From contig JAFGBM010000014.1 of assembly GCA_016933155.1 (NCBI GenBank), positions 31,776-95,775 on the forward strand: a DNA stretch of 64,000 nt, in the 5' to 3' direction. Both the position numbers and the translations under genes were made by a program. Position 1 is the first letter of the stretch. Every line of letters starts with the position of its first letter. This DNA is from Demequinaceae bacterium (GTDB lineage Bacteria; Actinomycetota; Actinomycetes; Actinomycetales; Demequinaceae). Positions 1 through 9,787 of this stretch are shown piece after piece. The notes under the pieces were generated by a model. It worked only from the letters and a program-made list of their open reading frames with translations, ran no database searches and had not been told where the DNA came from.

Positions 1-2051
1 TCTGCCTCCACAAGACCCCCATGTCCATCGGGCAGTTGGAGTGGTTCCTGCCCGAGAGGGAGAAGCTCGTCAATCCCAACAGCAACGAGGAGAGGTTCGC
101 GGGAGTCCGGGACCCCTGGGACGCCGCGGCCAAGCCCCCCGTCGCCATCGTCGGCTCCGGGCCCTCCGGCCTGATCAATGCCTACCTGCTCGCGGCCGCC
201 GGGTTCCCCGTCACGGTATTCGAGGCGTTTCACGCACTGGGGGGCGTGCTCCGATATGGCATCCCCGAGTTCCGCCTGCCGAATCAGCTCATCGATGACG
301 TGGTCGAGAAGATCGAACTGCTCGGAGGGAAGTTCGTCAGGAACTTCGTCGTGGGCAAGACGGCGACGCTCCAACAGTTGCGCGACGCCGGCTTCTGGAA
401 GATCTTCGTCGGCACCGGCGCGGGCCTGCCGAGGTTCATGAACATCCCGGGCGAGCACCTGCTCAACGTCATGTCCGCGAACGAGTTCCTGACCCGCGTC
501 AACCTCATGCAGGGCCTCAGGGAGGACTACGAGACCCCACTGCCCGAGATCAAGGGCAAGGAGGTCCTCGTCATCGGAGGCGGCAACACCGCCATGGACG
601 CAGCCCGGACCTCGCAGCGCCTCGGCGGCAACGTCACCATCGTGTATCGACGGACACAGGCGGAGATGCCTGCCCGCGTCGAGGAGCTCGAGCACGCCCT
701 CGAGGAGGGAATCGCCCTCGCGGTGTTGCGTTCGCCGTCGGAGTTCATCGGCGGGGACGACGGTTTCGTCAAGGCGACCACCCTCGACATCATGGAGCTC
801 GGCGAGCCCGACGACTCCGGCCGACGCAAGCCTGTGTCGACCGGCACGACCGAGACCATCCACGCCGACCTCGTCATCATGGCCCTCGGCAACGACGCCA
901 ACCCGATCATCAAGGACTCCGAGCCCCGGCTCGAGGTCTCCAAGTGGGGGACCATCAACCTCAGTCGCGAGGGCTCGCAGGAGACAACCCTTGAGGGGAT
1001 CTTCACCGGTGGGGACGCCGCTCGCGGGGGCTCGACGGCCATCCTGGCCGCCGGTGACGGCCAGAGTGCCGCCCGGGAGATCCTGAAGGCGGTCGACATC
1101 GAGGAGAAGACGATTCGGGCGATGGTTGAGAGCGCCAGGAAGTACTCCGACACCGGGGCGGCGATTCCGCGGCTCCTTGGCAAGGCGCACCTGAGCGAGG
1201 GCATCGAGGAGTTCACCGTCTATGCCCCCGTGATCGCGAAGGCCGCACAAGCCGGGCAGTTCGTCCGCGTGCTGCCGCGCGAGGACGGCGAGCTCATCCC
1301 CTTGACCCTCGCCGACTGGGATGCAAAGGCCGGCACGATCGGCCTCGTGATCCAGGGCATGGGAACTTCCAGCATCGAGATGAACGCGATGTCGGTGGGG
1401 GACGCCTACACCGGTGTCGCCGGTCCGCTCGGACAGCCGAGCAAGGTCCACGAGTATGACTCCACGTCCACCGTGGTCTTCACCGCAGGGGGCCTGGGCC
1501 TGCCTCCGGTCTACCCGATCATGCGCGAGCACCTTCGCATCGGGAACCACGTGACCCTGATCTCGGGTTTCCGGACCAAGGACCTGATGTTCTGGGACCG
1601 GCCGGACGAACGGGTCGGGCGGCTGCAGGCCGAGTTCGGCAATCAACTCGAGGTCATCTACGCGACGAATGACGGAACCTTCGGGGTCAAGGGCTTCGTC
1701 ACCACGCCTCTGGAGGGCATGCTCGAGGCCGCCAAGCGGGGCGAGGGGCGAAAGATTGCGGAGGTCATCGCCATCGGCCCGCCCTTGATGATGAGGGCCG
1801 TCAGCGACCTCACCAAGCCCTATGGTGTGCCCTGCGTGGCGAGCTTGAACTCGATCATGGTCGACGCCACCGGCATGTGCGGGGCATGCATGGTGCCGGT
1901 GACCATCGAAGGCAAGTTGGTGCGCAAGCACGCCTGTATCGACGGGCCGGAGATCGACGCTCACGCCATCGACTGGGACAAGTTCCTGCCCCGGTTCAAC
2001 CTCTTCAAGGCCCAGGAGCAGGCCAGCAAGGCCCGTCACGGCCTGGCCTGA
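1..2051 (+). CDS. NfnB/GltD-like NAD(P)H oxidoreductase fused to a PyrK/NfnA-like FAD/NAD(P)-binding 2Fe-2S reductase module (5' end cut by window edge)
   Basis: The frame is open from nt 3 to the listed Met at 21 (CLHKTP precedes it), so the gene probably starts upstream of the window. N-part has GltD-type motifs: VAIVGSGPSG, GGVLRYGIPEFRLP, VIGGGNTAMD, GGDAARG. From about aa 385 it has PyrK/NfnA-type motifs: GQFVRV, IPLTLADWD, GPLG, MVDATGMCGACMV...HACIDGPE. Confidence 0.75.
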   Translation, partial: CLHKTPMSIGQLEWFLPEREKLVNPNSNEERFAGVRDPWDAAAKPPVAIVGSGPSGLINAYLLAAAGFPVTVFEAFHALGGVLRYGIPEFRLPNQLIDDVVEKIELLGGKFVRNFVVGKTATLQQLRDAGFWKIFVGTGAGLPRFMNIPGEHLLNVMSANEFLTRVNLMQGLREDYETPLPEIKGKEVLVIGGGNTAMDAARTSQRLGGNVTIVYRRTQAEMPARVEELEHALEEGIALAVLRSPSEFIGGDDGFVKATTLDIMELGEPDDSGRRKPVSTGTTETIHADLVIMALGNDANPIIKDSEPRLEVSKWGTINLSREGSQETTLEGIFTGGDAARGGSTAILAAGDGQSAAREILKAVDIEEKTIRAMVESARKYSDTGAAIPRLLGKAHLSEGIEEFTVYAPVIAKAAQAGQFVRVLPREDGELIPLTLADWDAKAGTIGLVIQGMGTSSIEMNAMSVGDAYTGVAGPLGQPSKVHEYDSTSTVVFTAGGLGLPPVYPIMREHLRIGNHVTLISGFRTKDLMFWDRPDERVGRLQAEFGNQLEVIYATNDGTFGVKGFVTTPLEGMLEAAKRGEGRKIAEVIAIGPPLMMRAVSDLTKPYGVPCVASLNSIMVDATGMCGACMVPVTIEGKLVRKHACIDGPEIDAHAIDWDKFLPRFNLFKAQEQASKARHGLA

Positions 2052-2150
2052 CGAAAAAGAGGCACGTCCCGGCCCAGCCGCAGGACCTAGGTCACGCACG
2101 GGGCAGGCACAACAGCGGGCACTATATGGGGGAGCCCTCGAAGGAGGCCA

Positions 2151-3266
2151 ATGATGCCAGTCAGTGTCGCCGCGCTAGTAGAACGCGCCCCCGGAGAGAA
2201 GCGGGTCGCCCTGGTCCCCGAGGTCGTCGCCAAACTCGTGTCCAACGGGTTCTCGGTGATGATCGAATCTGGGGCGGGGGAGCATGCCTTCTTCTCCGAC
2301 AGTGATTACAAGAAGGCCGGAGCGAAGGTCGTGTCGGCCGCCGAGGCCTTGAAGGCCACCATCATCCTCAGCGTGAACCGCCCTCCGACCGCTACGGTCG
2401 CCAAACTCACCAAGGGCCAGTTCCTCATCGGGCAACTGCGCTCGCTGGTCGACGCGAAGGATCTTGAGACCGCGGCCGCCAAGGGCGTGACGGTCATCAG
2501 CCTCGACCGCCTTCCTCGTCAGGTTTCCCGCGCCCAGACCATGGACGTGCTCTCCAGCCAGGCGTCGGTTGCCGGCTACCGAGCCCTCATCGCCGCAGCC
2601 GAGGCTTTCAGCCGGTATTTCCCCATGATGATGACCGCGGCCGGGACCGCCCGTCCCGCCAAGGTCCTCGTCCTCGGAGCCGGGGTCGCAGGCCTTCAGG
2701 CGATCGGAACGGCCCGCAGAATGGGCGCTCAGGTCTCGGGTTACGACGTCAGGCCAGCCGCCCGCGAGGAAGTCGCCTCGATGGGGGCGCAGTTCCTGGA
2801 AACCTCGGTGGAGTCCGCGGTCGGGGAGGGCGGATACGCCCGCGCCCTGACCAAGGAGGAAACGGCCCGGCAACAGAAGGAACTGTCCGTCCAGATCGCC
2901 AAATTCGACATCGTCATCACGACGGCGAACGTTCCCGGCAGGAAGCCCCCGATCCTGGTGACCAAGGAAACTGTGGCGGCCATGGCCCCCGGTTCCGTCA
3001 TCGTCGACACCGCGTCGGGCCCCTTGGGCGGCAACGTCGAGGGCTCGGTCTCGGAGAAGCGAGTCGTCACCAAGAACAACGTGATCATCATCGGCAGCAA
3101 CATCTTCGCCGCGCAGATGCCGTCCGCAGCGTCTACCGCCTTCGCCAAGAACATGACGGCGGTCCTCGATTCGATCTACAAGGATGGTCAGATCGTGATC
3201 GATCCGGACGACGAGGTGATTGAGGCGATGCTGATTCCCGCCGCCCTGAAGGGAGTAGCGAAATGA
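2151..3266 (+). CDS. pntAA: NAD(P) transhydrogenase subunit alpha part 1
   Basis: Alanine dehydrogenase/PNT fold with NAD site VLVLGAGVAGLQAIGTARRMGA. SD GAAGGAGG lies upstream. ATGA overlap with the next gene. Confidence 0.9.
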   Translation: MMPVSVAALVERAPGEKRVALVPEVVAKLVSNGFSVMIESGAGEHAFFSDSDYKKAGAKVVSAAEALKATIILSVNRPPTATVAKLTKGQFLIGQLRSLVDAKDLETAAAKGVTVISLDRLPRQVSRAQTMDVLSSQASVAGYRALIAAAEAFSRYFPMMMTAAGTARPAKVLVLGAGVAGLQAIGTARRMGAQVSGYDVRPAAREEVASMGAQFLETSVESAVGEGGYARALTKEETARQQKELSVQIAKFDIVITTANVPGRKPPILVTKETVAAMAPGSVIVDTASGPLGGNVEGSVSEKRVVTKNNVIIIGSNIFAAQMPSAASTAFAKNMTAVLDSIYKDGQIVIDPDDEVIEAMLIPAALKGVAK

Positions 3267-3577
3267 GCCCCGAACTCTTGACCGCGCTGAGTTTCTTCGT
3301 GCTCGCATTGCTGGTCGGCTTCGAGGTCATCTCGAAGATCCCGGCGACGCTGCACACGCCCATGATGTCCGGGGCCAACTCGATCCACGGGGTCGTGCTC
3401 GTCGGGGCGATCCTGATCGCCTCGACGGCAGGGGAGAACATCACGCTGTTGGTCCTCGCGTTCTTCGCCGCGGCCTTCGCCGCGATGAATGTCGTGGGCG
3501 GATACGTGGTGACGGACCGCATGCTCGGAATGTTCAAGGCCCGCCCTAAGGGCGCCGACGCGAAGGGCGGGAAGTGA
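3263..3577 (+). CDS. pntAB: NAD(P) transhydrogenase subunit alpha part 2 (membrane)
   Basis: 104-aa hydrophobic protein with 3 predicted TM helices between pntAA and pntB. 4-nt stop/start overlaps on both sides (3263-3266, 3574-3577). Confidence 0.85.
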   Translation: MSPELLTALSFFVLALLVGFEVISKIPATLHTPMMSGANSIHGVVLVGAILIASTAGENITLLVLAFFAAAFAAMNVVGGYVVTDRMLGMFKARPKGADAKGGK

Positions 3578-5040
3578 TGCTAGTCATGGCGCTTGATCCC
3601 GAGGTGGCCACCGCCAACCTCACCACGGTTGAGACAATCGTCAAACTCGTGTACCTCCTCGCCGCGGTCGGCTTCGTCATGGGGCTCCACCTCATGCGGT
3701 CGCCCGCCACGGCCCGCAAGGGCAACCTGCTCTCCGCCGCGGGCATGACGCTCGCGGTCGCCATGACCGTCGTCCTGCTCCTCGGCACGGACGGTTTCGA
3801 CGTCACCACTTGGGGTTGGATCGCGGTCGGCTCGGGGGCCCTCGTCGGTTCGCTCGCCGGTGTCATCTCCGCCCTCAAAGTGCAGATGACGGACATGCCG
3901 CAGTTGGTGTCGATCTTCAATGCCGTCGGTGGCGGTGCGGCCGCGCTCGTCGCGGTCGTCGATTTCGTCCACCGAGTCTGGGGCCCGGGTGGGTTCGAGA
4001 TGGCGTTCACCGTGCCCGTCGGCCTCGACATCCTCATCGGAACGGTGACGTTCTCCGGATCGATCATCGCGGCAGGCAAACTTCAGGGCATCGTCTCCGG
4101 AGCCCCGATCACGTTCTTCGGGTCGCGCCTCCTGCTCATCGCGAGCGCGCTCGGCGGGATCGGCGGTGTGGTGTGGCTCGTGGTCGACCCCGGGATGCTC
4201 CCCCTCATCGTCGTCGCGATTGCGGCCTTCGCCTTCGGCATCCTCATGGTGCTGCCCATCGGCGGCGCCGACATGCCGGTCGTCGTCTCGCTCCTCAACG
4301 CCTTCACCGGCCTTGCGGTCGCGATGGCGGGCTTCGTGGTCGACAACACGATCCTGATCGTCGCCGGCGCGCTCGTGGGCGCCTCCGGTTCGATCCTGAC
4401 CAAGCTCATGGCCGACGCCATGAACCGGTCGATCATGTCGATCATGGTCGGCGGGTACGGCACCGGGGACGGCGGAGGCGCGGTTGCCGCACCCGCCGGT
4501 GGCGGAACGGTACACGTCATCGGCGCCGAGGACGTGGCGATCCAGCTCGCGTATGCGCAGAAGGTCATCATCGTCCCGGGGTATGGCCTCGCGGCCGCCC
4601 AGGCTCAGCGGGAGGCGGGCGAACTCGGCTCGCTCCTCGAGAAGCACGGGGTCACCGTCTACTACGCGATCCACCCGGTCGCGGGCCGTATGCCGGGGCA
4701 CATGAACGTGCTCCTGGCCGAAGCCGATGTGCCCTACACCCAGCTCAAGGAGATGGAGGAGGTCAACGGCGAGTTCGACTCGTGCGACGTCTCCGTCGTC
4801 ATCGGGGCGAACGACGTGACCAACCCGGCCGCCCGTCGTCCCGGCAACGCCATCTCGGGCATGCCGATCCTCGACGTCGACCATTCCAAGTCGATCGTCG
4901 TTATCAAGCGCTCGCTCGGGCACGGCTACGCCGGCATGGACAACGAGCTCTACACCAACCCGAAGACGGGAATGTTCCTCTCGGACGCCAAGAAGGGCCT
5001 GTCCGAGTTGCTTCAGGTCATCGGCGGGTACTTCGAGTAG
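3574..5040 (+). CDS. pntB: NAD(P) transhydrogenase subunit beta
   Basis: Polytopic N-terminal half plus C-terminal NADP(H) domain (IIVPGYGLAAAQAQ, AIHPVAGRMPGHMNVLLAEA, GANDVTNPAA). Confidence 0.92.
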   Translation: MMLVMALDPEVATANLTTVETIVKLVYLLAAVGFVMGLHLMRSPATARKGNLLSAAGMTLAVAMTVVLLLGTDGFDVTTWGWIAVGSGALVGSLAGVISALKVQMTDMPQLVSIFNAVGGGAAALVAVVDFVHRVWGPGGFEMAFTVPVGLDILIGTVTFSGSIIAAGKLQGIVSGAPITFFGSRLLLIASALGGIGGVVWLVVDPGMLPLIVVAIAAFAFGILMVLPIGGADMPVVVSLLNAFTGLAVAMAGFVVDNTILIVAGALVGASGSILTKLMADAMNRSIMSIMVGGYGTGDGGGAVAAPAGGGTVHVIGAEDVAIQLAYAQKVIIVPGYGLAAAQAQREAGELGSLLEKHGVTVYYAIHPVAGRMPGHMNVLLAEADVPYTQLKEMEEVNGEFDSCDVSVVIGANDVTNPAARRPGNAISGMPILDVDHSKSIVVIKRSLGHGYAGMDNELYTNPKTGMFLSDAKKGLSELLQVIGGYFE

Positions 5041-5052
5041 CCCAAGACCGCA

Positions 5053-5096
5053 ACCACCGCGTCCCGGTCCCCGTGAGGGTGCCGGGACGCGGTGGT
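5053..5096. terminator. Bidirectional hairpin terminator between convergent pntB and the rhodanese gene
   Basis: Perfect 15-bp inverted repeat ACCACCGCGTCCCGG / CCGGGACGCGGTGGT with a 14-nt loop, in the 78-bp convergent intergenic space. Confidence 0.6.
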
Positions 5097-5118
5097 CTGT
5101 AGGGCTCGGAGAACCAGG

Positions 5119-5613
5119 CTAGTCGGTGACGATCGCGTATCCGGCGGCCGCCCATCCGCCGATCCCGTCCTCGAGGCCAAGGGTCTGGGTGACGCCGAGA
5201 TCCGCCATGATGTCGATCGCCTCCCGTGAACGGTTGCCGCTTCGGCAGTAGACCGCGTACGACGCCTCGGGATTGAGGAGGGCGATCTCGTCCGCGAAGA
5301 CCCCCGAGAGGAGGTTGATGTTGGTCGCCCCGGCGATGTGGCCATCGGCGAATTCCTCGGGTGTGCGGACGTCCAGGATGACGACTCCCTCTTCATAGGC
5401 CACACCGGCCCAGGTATCGACATCGACCTGGGAACCGTCGAAGGGCACGACGCAGATGGCACCGCAAGCGGCGGCATCGGGTTCGGCGGTCTCCGATTCG
5501 GTGATCTCGGTTGCAGCCGAACAAGCCGACAGGGCCAGGATCGCGGCGAGGGCGAAAGCGGTTGTGCTGATGCGGGTCAAGTCCACTCCTCGTCTGTAGC
5601 GGTGAAGGGGCAC
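5119..5613 (-). CDS. Rhodanese-domain sulfurtransferase, predicted lipoprotein
   Basis: Signal peptide ending in lipobox LALSAC. Rhodanese active-site loop YCRSGNRS. Start could instead be GTG at 5586. Confidence 0.8.
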   Translation of the reverse strand: MPLHRYRRGVDLTRISTTAFALAAILALSACSAATEITESETAEPDAAACGAICVVPFDGSQVDVDTWAGVAYEEGVVILDVRTPEEFADGHIAGATNINLLSGVFADEIALLNPEASYAVYCRSGNRSREAIDIMADLGVTQTLGLEDGIGGWAAAGYAIVTD

Positions 5614-5799
5614 GGATGCCCCTCACGGATGGGCCAACGTCACCTAGTATGCGGGCATTCCACCCGTTCGGCGTGTTGCAGCCCGCCACGCCCGGGCGCG
5701 CGTACCGTCGAAAGTGACATGGAAGTTCGACCCGCCACCTAGCCCTCGCCCTCCGGGGCGCGTGGGCCCCGGGGTGCGACCGAACACCAGGGAGCCCAA

Positions 5800-7164
5800 G
5801 TGTCCGCCACTCTGAAAGCGGCCCCAGTCCCGTCCGCATCCGGGAAGGCCATCGGCCTCAAGACCTTCGTACTCGACACCTCGGTCCTCCTGTCCGACCC
5901 GAGGGCGGCACTCCGATTCGCCGAGCATTCCGTCGTTCTGCCCGTCGTCGTCATCACCGAACTGGAGGGGAAGCGGCATCATCCCGAACTGGGCTATTTC
6001 GCCAGATCCGCCCTCCGGCTCCTCGACGACCTCAGGGTGCAGCACGGGCACCTCGACGAGCCGGTCGTCATCAACTCGTCCGGCGGCACCCTCAGGGTCG
6101 AACTCAACCACGCCGACCCTGAGGTGCTTCCCAGCGGCTTCCGCCTGGGGGACAACGATTCCCGCATCCTCGCCGTGGCGGCCAACCTCAGGTCCGAGGG
6201 TCATGCCGTCACCCTGATTTCGAAGGATCTGCCCATGCGGGTCAAGGCGGCCGCCCTGGGAATGGATGCGGAGGAATACCGGGCGGAGTTGGCCGTCGAT
6301 TCCGGCTGGACTGGGATGCGCGCCATTCAGTTGTCCGAGGCGCAGATGTCCGAGCTCTACGAGGCGGAGAGGATTCCCGCACCCCCGGAGGAGGAGGCCG
6401 GCGAGGACCTGGCGGCGCTTCCCATCCATACGGGACTCGTCCTTCACTCGCCGCGGGGCTCAGCCCTCGGGCGGGTCGGCGAGGGCGGCTCGATCGGCCT
6501 GGTGCGGGGGGACCTCGAGGCGTTCGGCATCCATGGGCGGAGCGCCGAACAGCGCATCGCCATCGACCTCTTGCTCGACGAGTCCATCGGGATCGTGTCT
6601 CTCGGGGGCCGCGCGGGCACCGGTAAGAGCGCCCTCGCCCTGTGCGCCGGCCTCGAGGCCGTCATGGAGAGGCGCCAGCACAAGAAGATCATCGTGTTCC
6701 GGCCCCTGTACGCCGTCGGAGGGCAGGAGTTGGGGTACCTCCCCGGCAGCGAGTCCGAGAAGATGAATCCCTGGGCCCAAGCCGTCTTCGACACCCTCGG
6801 GGCGGTGGTGTCGACGCCGGTCATCGAGGAGGTCCTGGCCAGGGGGATGCTGGAGGTCCTTCCCCTGACCCACATCCGCGGCCGCTCCATCCACGACGCC
6901 TTCGTCATCGTCGACGAGGCCCAATCGCTCGAGCGCAATGTCCTACTCACGATGCTGAGCCGGATCGGTCAGGGATCGCGCGTGGTCCTCACCCACGATG
7001 TCGGCCAGCGGGACAACCTCAGGGTCGGGCGTCATGACGGAGTCGCGGCCGTCGTCGAGGCCCTCAAGGGGCACCCCCTCTTCGCCCACGTCACGCTCGA
7101 ACGGTCGGAGAGATCCGCTGTCGCGGCCCTCGTCACCGATATGCTCGAACGACTGGATCTCTAG
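5800..7164 (+). CDS. phoH2: PhoH2-type PIN domain plus PhoH-like ATPase fusion
   Basis: N-terminal PIN-like segment (FVLDTSVLL...VVVITELEG). PhoH ATPase with Walker A GRAGTGKS and VIVDEAQ. Confidence 0.85.
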   Translation: MSATLKAAPVPSASGKAIGLKTFVLDTSVLLSDPRAALRFAEHSVVLPVVVITELEGKRHHPELGYFARSALRLLDDLRVQHGHLDEPVVINSSGGTLRVELNHADPEVLPSGFRLGDNDSRILAVAANLRSEGHAVTLISKDLPMRVKAAALGMDAEEYRAELAVDSGWTGMRAIQLSEAQMSELYEAERIPAPPEEEAGEDLAALPIHTGLVLHSPRGSALGRVGEGGSIGLVRGDLEAFGIHGRSAEQRIAIDLLLDESIGIVSLGGRAGTGKSALALCAGLEAVMERRQHKKIIVFRPLYAVGGQELGYLPGSESEKMNPWAQAVFDTLGAVVSTPVIEEVLARGMLEVLPLTHIRGRSIHDAFVIVDEAQSLERNVLLTMLSRIGQGSRVVLTHDVGQRDNLRVGRHDGVAAVVEALKGHPLFAHVTLERSERSAVAALVTDMLERLDL

Positions 7165-7178
7165 CGGGGGGATGTCAC

Positions 7179-7835
7179 ATGAAGACGACCAACATCGTCT
7201 CGGCTGTTCTGCGCGTCATCGTCGCCGGAATCGCCCTCGTTTCGGGAATCATCGTGCTCGTCGACGGGGGTCCGAAGGTCCTCTTGACCTTCACCGTCCA
7301 GTCCAATGCCATGATGGCCGTCTCCTTCCTCTGGACGGCGCATACTCTGGTTTGGCGGAAACACACGCCCCCGGAGTGGCTGTCCGGGAGTTCGGTCTTC
7401 TATCTCGCCATCACGGGGATCGTGTACAACTTCGTGCTCAGGCCGGAGTCCCCGGGATCGTCTCCCGATGTCCTCTTCGGCCTCTCGAATTCCACGCTCA
7501 CCCACGTCGTCACCCCTATCGCGGCGATGGCGATCTGGATCGTCTTCGACGAGCATCGGCGGATTCCTTGGCGGTTCGTGTGGATCTGGCTCGTGTACTT
7601 GGTCGCCTACCTCGTCGTCATCTTCACGGTGATCGCCGGTGTCGACTCCTATTCCGCCCCCTACCCGTTCCTCGATGTCACCCTCCACGGGGTCGGTGGG
7701 GTGGCCTGGCGGCTGGTGGTGTACATGTCCTGCTTCGCGGTGCTCTCCGCCGCGATGATCACCCTCGACCATGTGCTGTCGGAGCGGACGGCGCTCAGTG
7801 AGTTCGATCCCCACGATCAGAAACGATCCTGCTGA
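7179..7835 (+). CDS. Integral membrane protein, family uncertain
   Basis: About 6 hydrophobic helices with coding-like composition. A TVQSN motif is reminiscent of Pr6Pr/FAR-17a-like membrane proteins, but that is only a recollection. Confidence 0.55.
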   Translation: MKTTNIVSAVLRVIVAGIALVSGIIVLVDGGPKVLLTFTVQSNAMMAVSFLWTAHTLVWRKHTPPEWLSGSSVFYLAITGIVYNFVLRPESPGSSPDVLFGLSNSTLTHVVTPIAAMAIWIVFDEHRRIPWRFVWIWLVYLVAYLVVIFTVIAGVDSYSAPYPFLDVTLHGVGGVAWRLVVYMSCFAVLSAAMITLDHVLSERTALSEFDPHDQKRSC

Positions 7836-7842
7836 AGGTCCC

Positions 7843-9240
7843 TTAGCGTTCGCCCGTCATCTTCGCGACGTCGAGGAGTTCATCGAGTTGGGCCTCCGAA
7901 ACCTCGCCCCGGGAGACGAAACCCAGGGCGATCACGGACTCCCGCACCGTCAGGCCCTCATGCACGGCGTGCTTGACCACGGCTGCTGCGTTCTCGTACC
8001 CGAGGATGGGGCTGAGGGGCGTCACGATGCTCGGAGAGGCCTCCGCAAGCTTCCTCGCGTGTGCGGGGTTGGGCTCGATCCCTTCGATGGCCCTGTCGGC
8101 TAAAAGGCGTGAAGCGGTCGACAGGAGTCGGATCGATTCCAGGAGGGCGAGGGCCATGACGGGGACCTGGACGTTGAGTTCGAAGTTCCCGGAGGCTCCC
8201 GCCCAGGCGATGGTCGCGTCGTTTCCAATGACCCTGGAGCAGACCATGAGGACGGCCTCGGGAACGACCGGGTTGACCTTGCCCGGCATGATCGAGGACC
8301 CCGGCTGGAGGGCGGGGAGCCTGATCTCGGCCAGGCCTGTGCTGGGGCCCGACCCCATCCACCTCAGGTCGTTGCAGGTCTTCGTCAGGCTGACGGCGAT
8401 CGTCCGAAGCGCCCCGCTTAATTCGACGAGGGCATCCCGGGAGGATTGCGCCTCGAAGTGATCCCGCGCCTCCCTGAGGCCGAGGCCGGTGTCCTCGTTG
8501 AGGAGGGCGATGACCCTGGCCGCGAATCCAGGAGGGGCATTGATGCCCGTCCCGACGGCGGTCCCCCCTAGAGGGACCTCGACGACCCGGACGAGGGCGG
8601 CCTCCAGTCGTTCGATTCCGAGGCGCATAGCCGCTGCGAATCCCCCGAATTCCTGGCCGAGGGTCACCGGTGTGGCATCCATGAGGTGGGTGCGACCGGG
8701 CTTGACGACGTTGGAAAGTGCGGCGGCCTTGGCCTCAAGCTGAGCGGCGAGTCGGTCGAGGGCCGGGACGAGGTCTCGCTCGACGCCCGAGGCGGCGGCC
8801 AAATGCACCGAGGTGGGGAAGACGTCATTGGACGACTGAGAGGCGTTGACGTGGTCGTTGGGGAGCACGGTCCGGCCGAGGAGGGAGGAAGCGAGGGTCG
8901 CGATCACCTCGTTGGCATTCATATTGGAGGAGGTCCCCGAGCCGGTCTGGAAGACATCGACGGGGAACTCGCCGTCGTGCCGACCGGCGACGATGGCCTC
9001 GGAGGCGGCGACGATGGCCTCGGCGACGTCGCCGTCCAGCACCCCGAACTCCGCATTGGCCTGGGCGGCGGCCTTCTTGATGCGAGCGAGGGCCTCAATG
9101 TGGGATCGCTCGAGCTTGAGTCCTGAGACGGGGAAGTTTTCCACCGCCCGTTGGGTCTGGGCGCCCCAGAGGGCGTCTTTCGGGACGTCGATCTCGCCCA
9201 TCGTGTCGTGTTCGGTGCGGTTCTCCGGGCTTTCTGCCAT
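7843..9240 (-). CDS. fumC: Class II fumarate hydratase (aspartase is the alternative)
   Basis: [11 protein letters not shown] signature. [12 protein letters not shown] and [15 protein letters not shown] look more FumC-like than AspA-like. Start moved from 9306 to ATG 9240 ([20 protein letters not shown]), which has CACAAT 6 nt upstream. Confidence 0.8.
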   Translation of the reverse strand: MAESPENRTEHDTMGEIDVPKDALWGAQTQRAVENFPVSGLKLERSHIEALARIKKAAAQANAEFGVLDGDVAEAIVAASEAIVAGRHDGEFPVDVFQTGSGTSSNMNANEVIATLASSLLGRTVLPNDHVNASQSSNDVFPTSVHLAAASGVERDLVPALDRLAAQLEAKAAALSNVVKPGRTHLMDATPVTLGQEFGGFAAAMRLGIERLEAALVRVVEVPLGGTAVGTGINAPPGFAARVIALLNEDTGLGLREARDHFEAQSSRDALVELSGALRTIAVSLTKTCNDLRWMGSGPSTGLAEIRLPALQPGSSIMPGKVNPVVPEAVLMVCSRVIGNDATIAWAGASGNFELNVQVPVMALALLESIRLLSTASRLLADRAIEGIEPNPAHARKLAEASPSIVTPLSPILGYENAAAVVKHAVHEGLTVRESVIALGFVSRGEVSEAQLDELLDVAKMTGER

Positions 9241-9246
9241 GGGCCC

Positions 9247-9252
9247 ATTGTG
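9247..9252 (-). promoter_or_regulatory. Putative -10 box (CACAAT) for leaderless fumC mRNA
   Basis: Hexamer with A2/T6, exactly 6 nt upstream of ATG 9240. Same geometry as many other genes in this window. Confidence 0.35.
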
Positions 9253-9366
9253 GCAGGAGGCTGCCGCCGGAGGGGCTATCGGATCGATTCTCGGGATGCG
9301 CGTCATAATCGGGGTGAGGTATCATCTCATTAGGTAGCAGCCACAACGGCGGGCGCACGTCCCGCC

Positions 9367-9399
9367 GTGCGTCTCGCTTGAGAGCATAAGGAGACGCAC
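9367..9399 (+). promoter_or_regulatory. 5' UTR hairpin partly sequestering the SD of the 9404 gene
   Basis: 9-bp stem GTGCGTCTC / GAGACGCAC with a 15-nt loop. SD AAGGAG (9388-9393) is half in the loop and half in the stem. Preceded by an 8-bp hairpin ACGGCGGG / CCCGCCGT (9346-9368). Confidence 0.35.
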
Positions 9400-9403
9400 C
9401 TTC

Positions 9404-9787
9404 ATGGCGATCATCGGCAGAAGCACCGTCACGGACAGCCCTGAATCGCGCGCGGCTTCAGGCGAACTGACCGGCGACGAATACATGGATTTGGTCCGAT
9501 CCAAGGATGTTGCGGCCCGGGTGGCCGCAGCCGGTCGTGCAGACGCCCCGCTAGGAGCCCTCATCGCCTTCACCCAGGACGCCAAATCCGAAGTCCGGGT
9601 GGCGGTCGCATCCAATCCCGGGATCGGACGGACCACGACCGTCATCGCCCGGCTGGCAGACGACAAGAGCATCGACGTCGTCCGCGCCCTGATCGACAAT
9701 CCGGCCGTGCCTCACGAAGCCATCGAGAAGATTGCCGCTGACGGACCCAAGGCCGCTCGTTCCTACGCCGAGGCGCGGCTCTCCTAG
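9404..9787 (+). CDS. LRV/HEAT-like repeat protein (paralog of 11091..11540)
   Basis: Repeats of the type VR.AVA.NP...: DVAARVAAAGRADAP, SEVRVAVASNPGIG, DKSIDVVRALIDNPAVP. Aligns along its length with the 11091 product. SD AAGGAG. Confidence 0.65.
   Translation: MAIIGRSTVTDSPESRAASGELTGDEYMDLVRSKDVAARVAAAGRADAPLGALIAFTQDAKSEVRVAVASNPGIGRTTTVIARLADDKSIDVVRALIDNPAVPHEAIEKIAADGPKAARSYAEARLS

Noticed and set aside
7843-9240. Calling this gene aspartate ammonia-lyase (aspA)
   Set aside because: The N-terminal motifs ([26 protein letters not shown]) fit FumC better as I recall the families, and the position near phoH2/xseBA matches mycobacterial fumC. The alternative is not fully excluded without a phylogeny.
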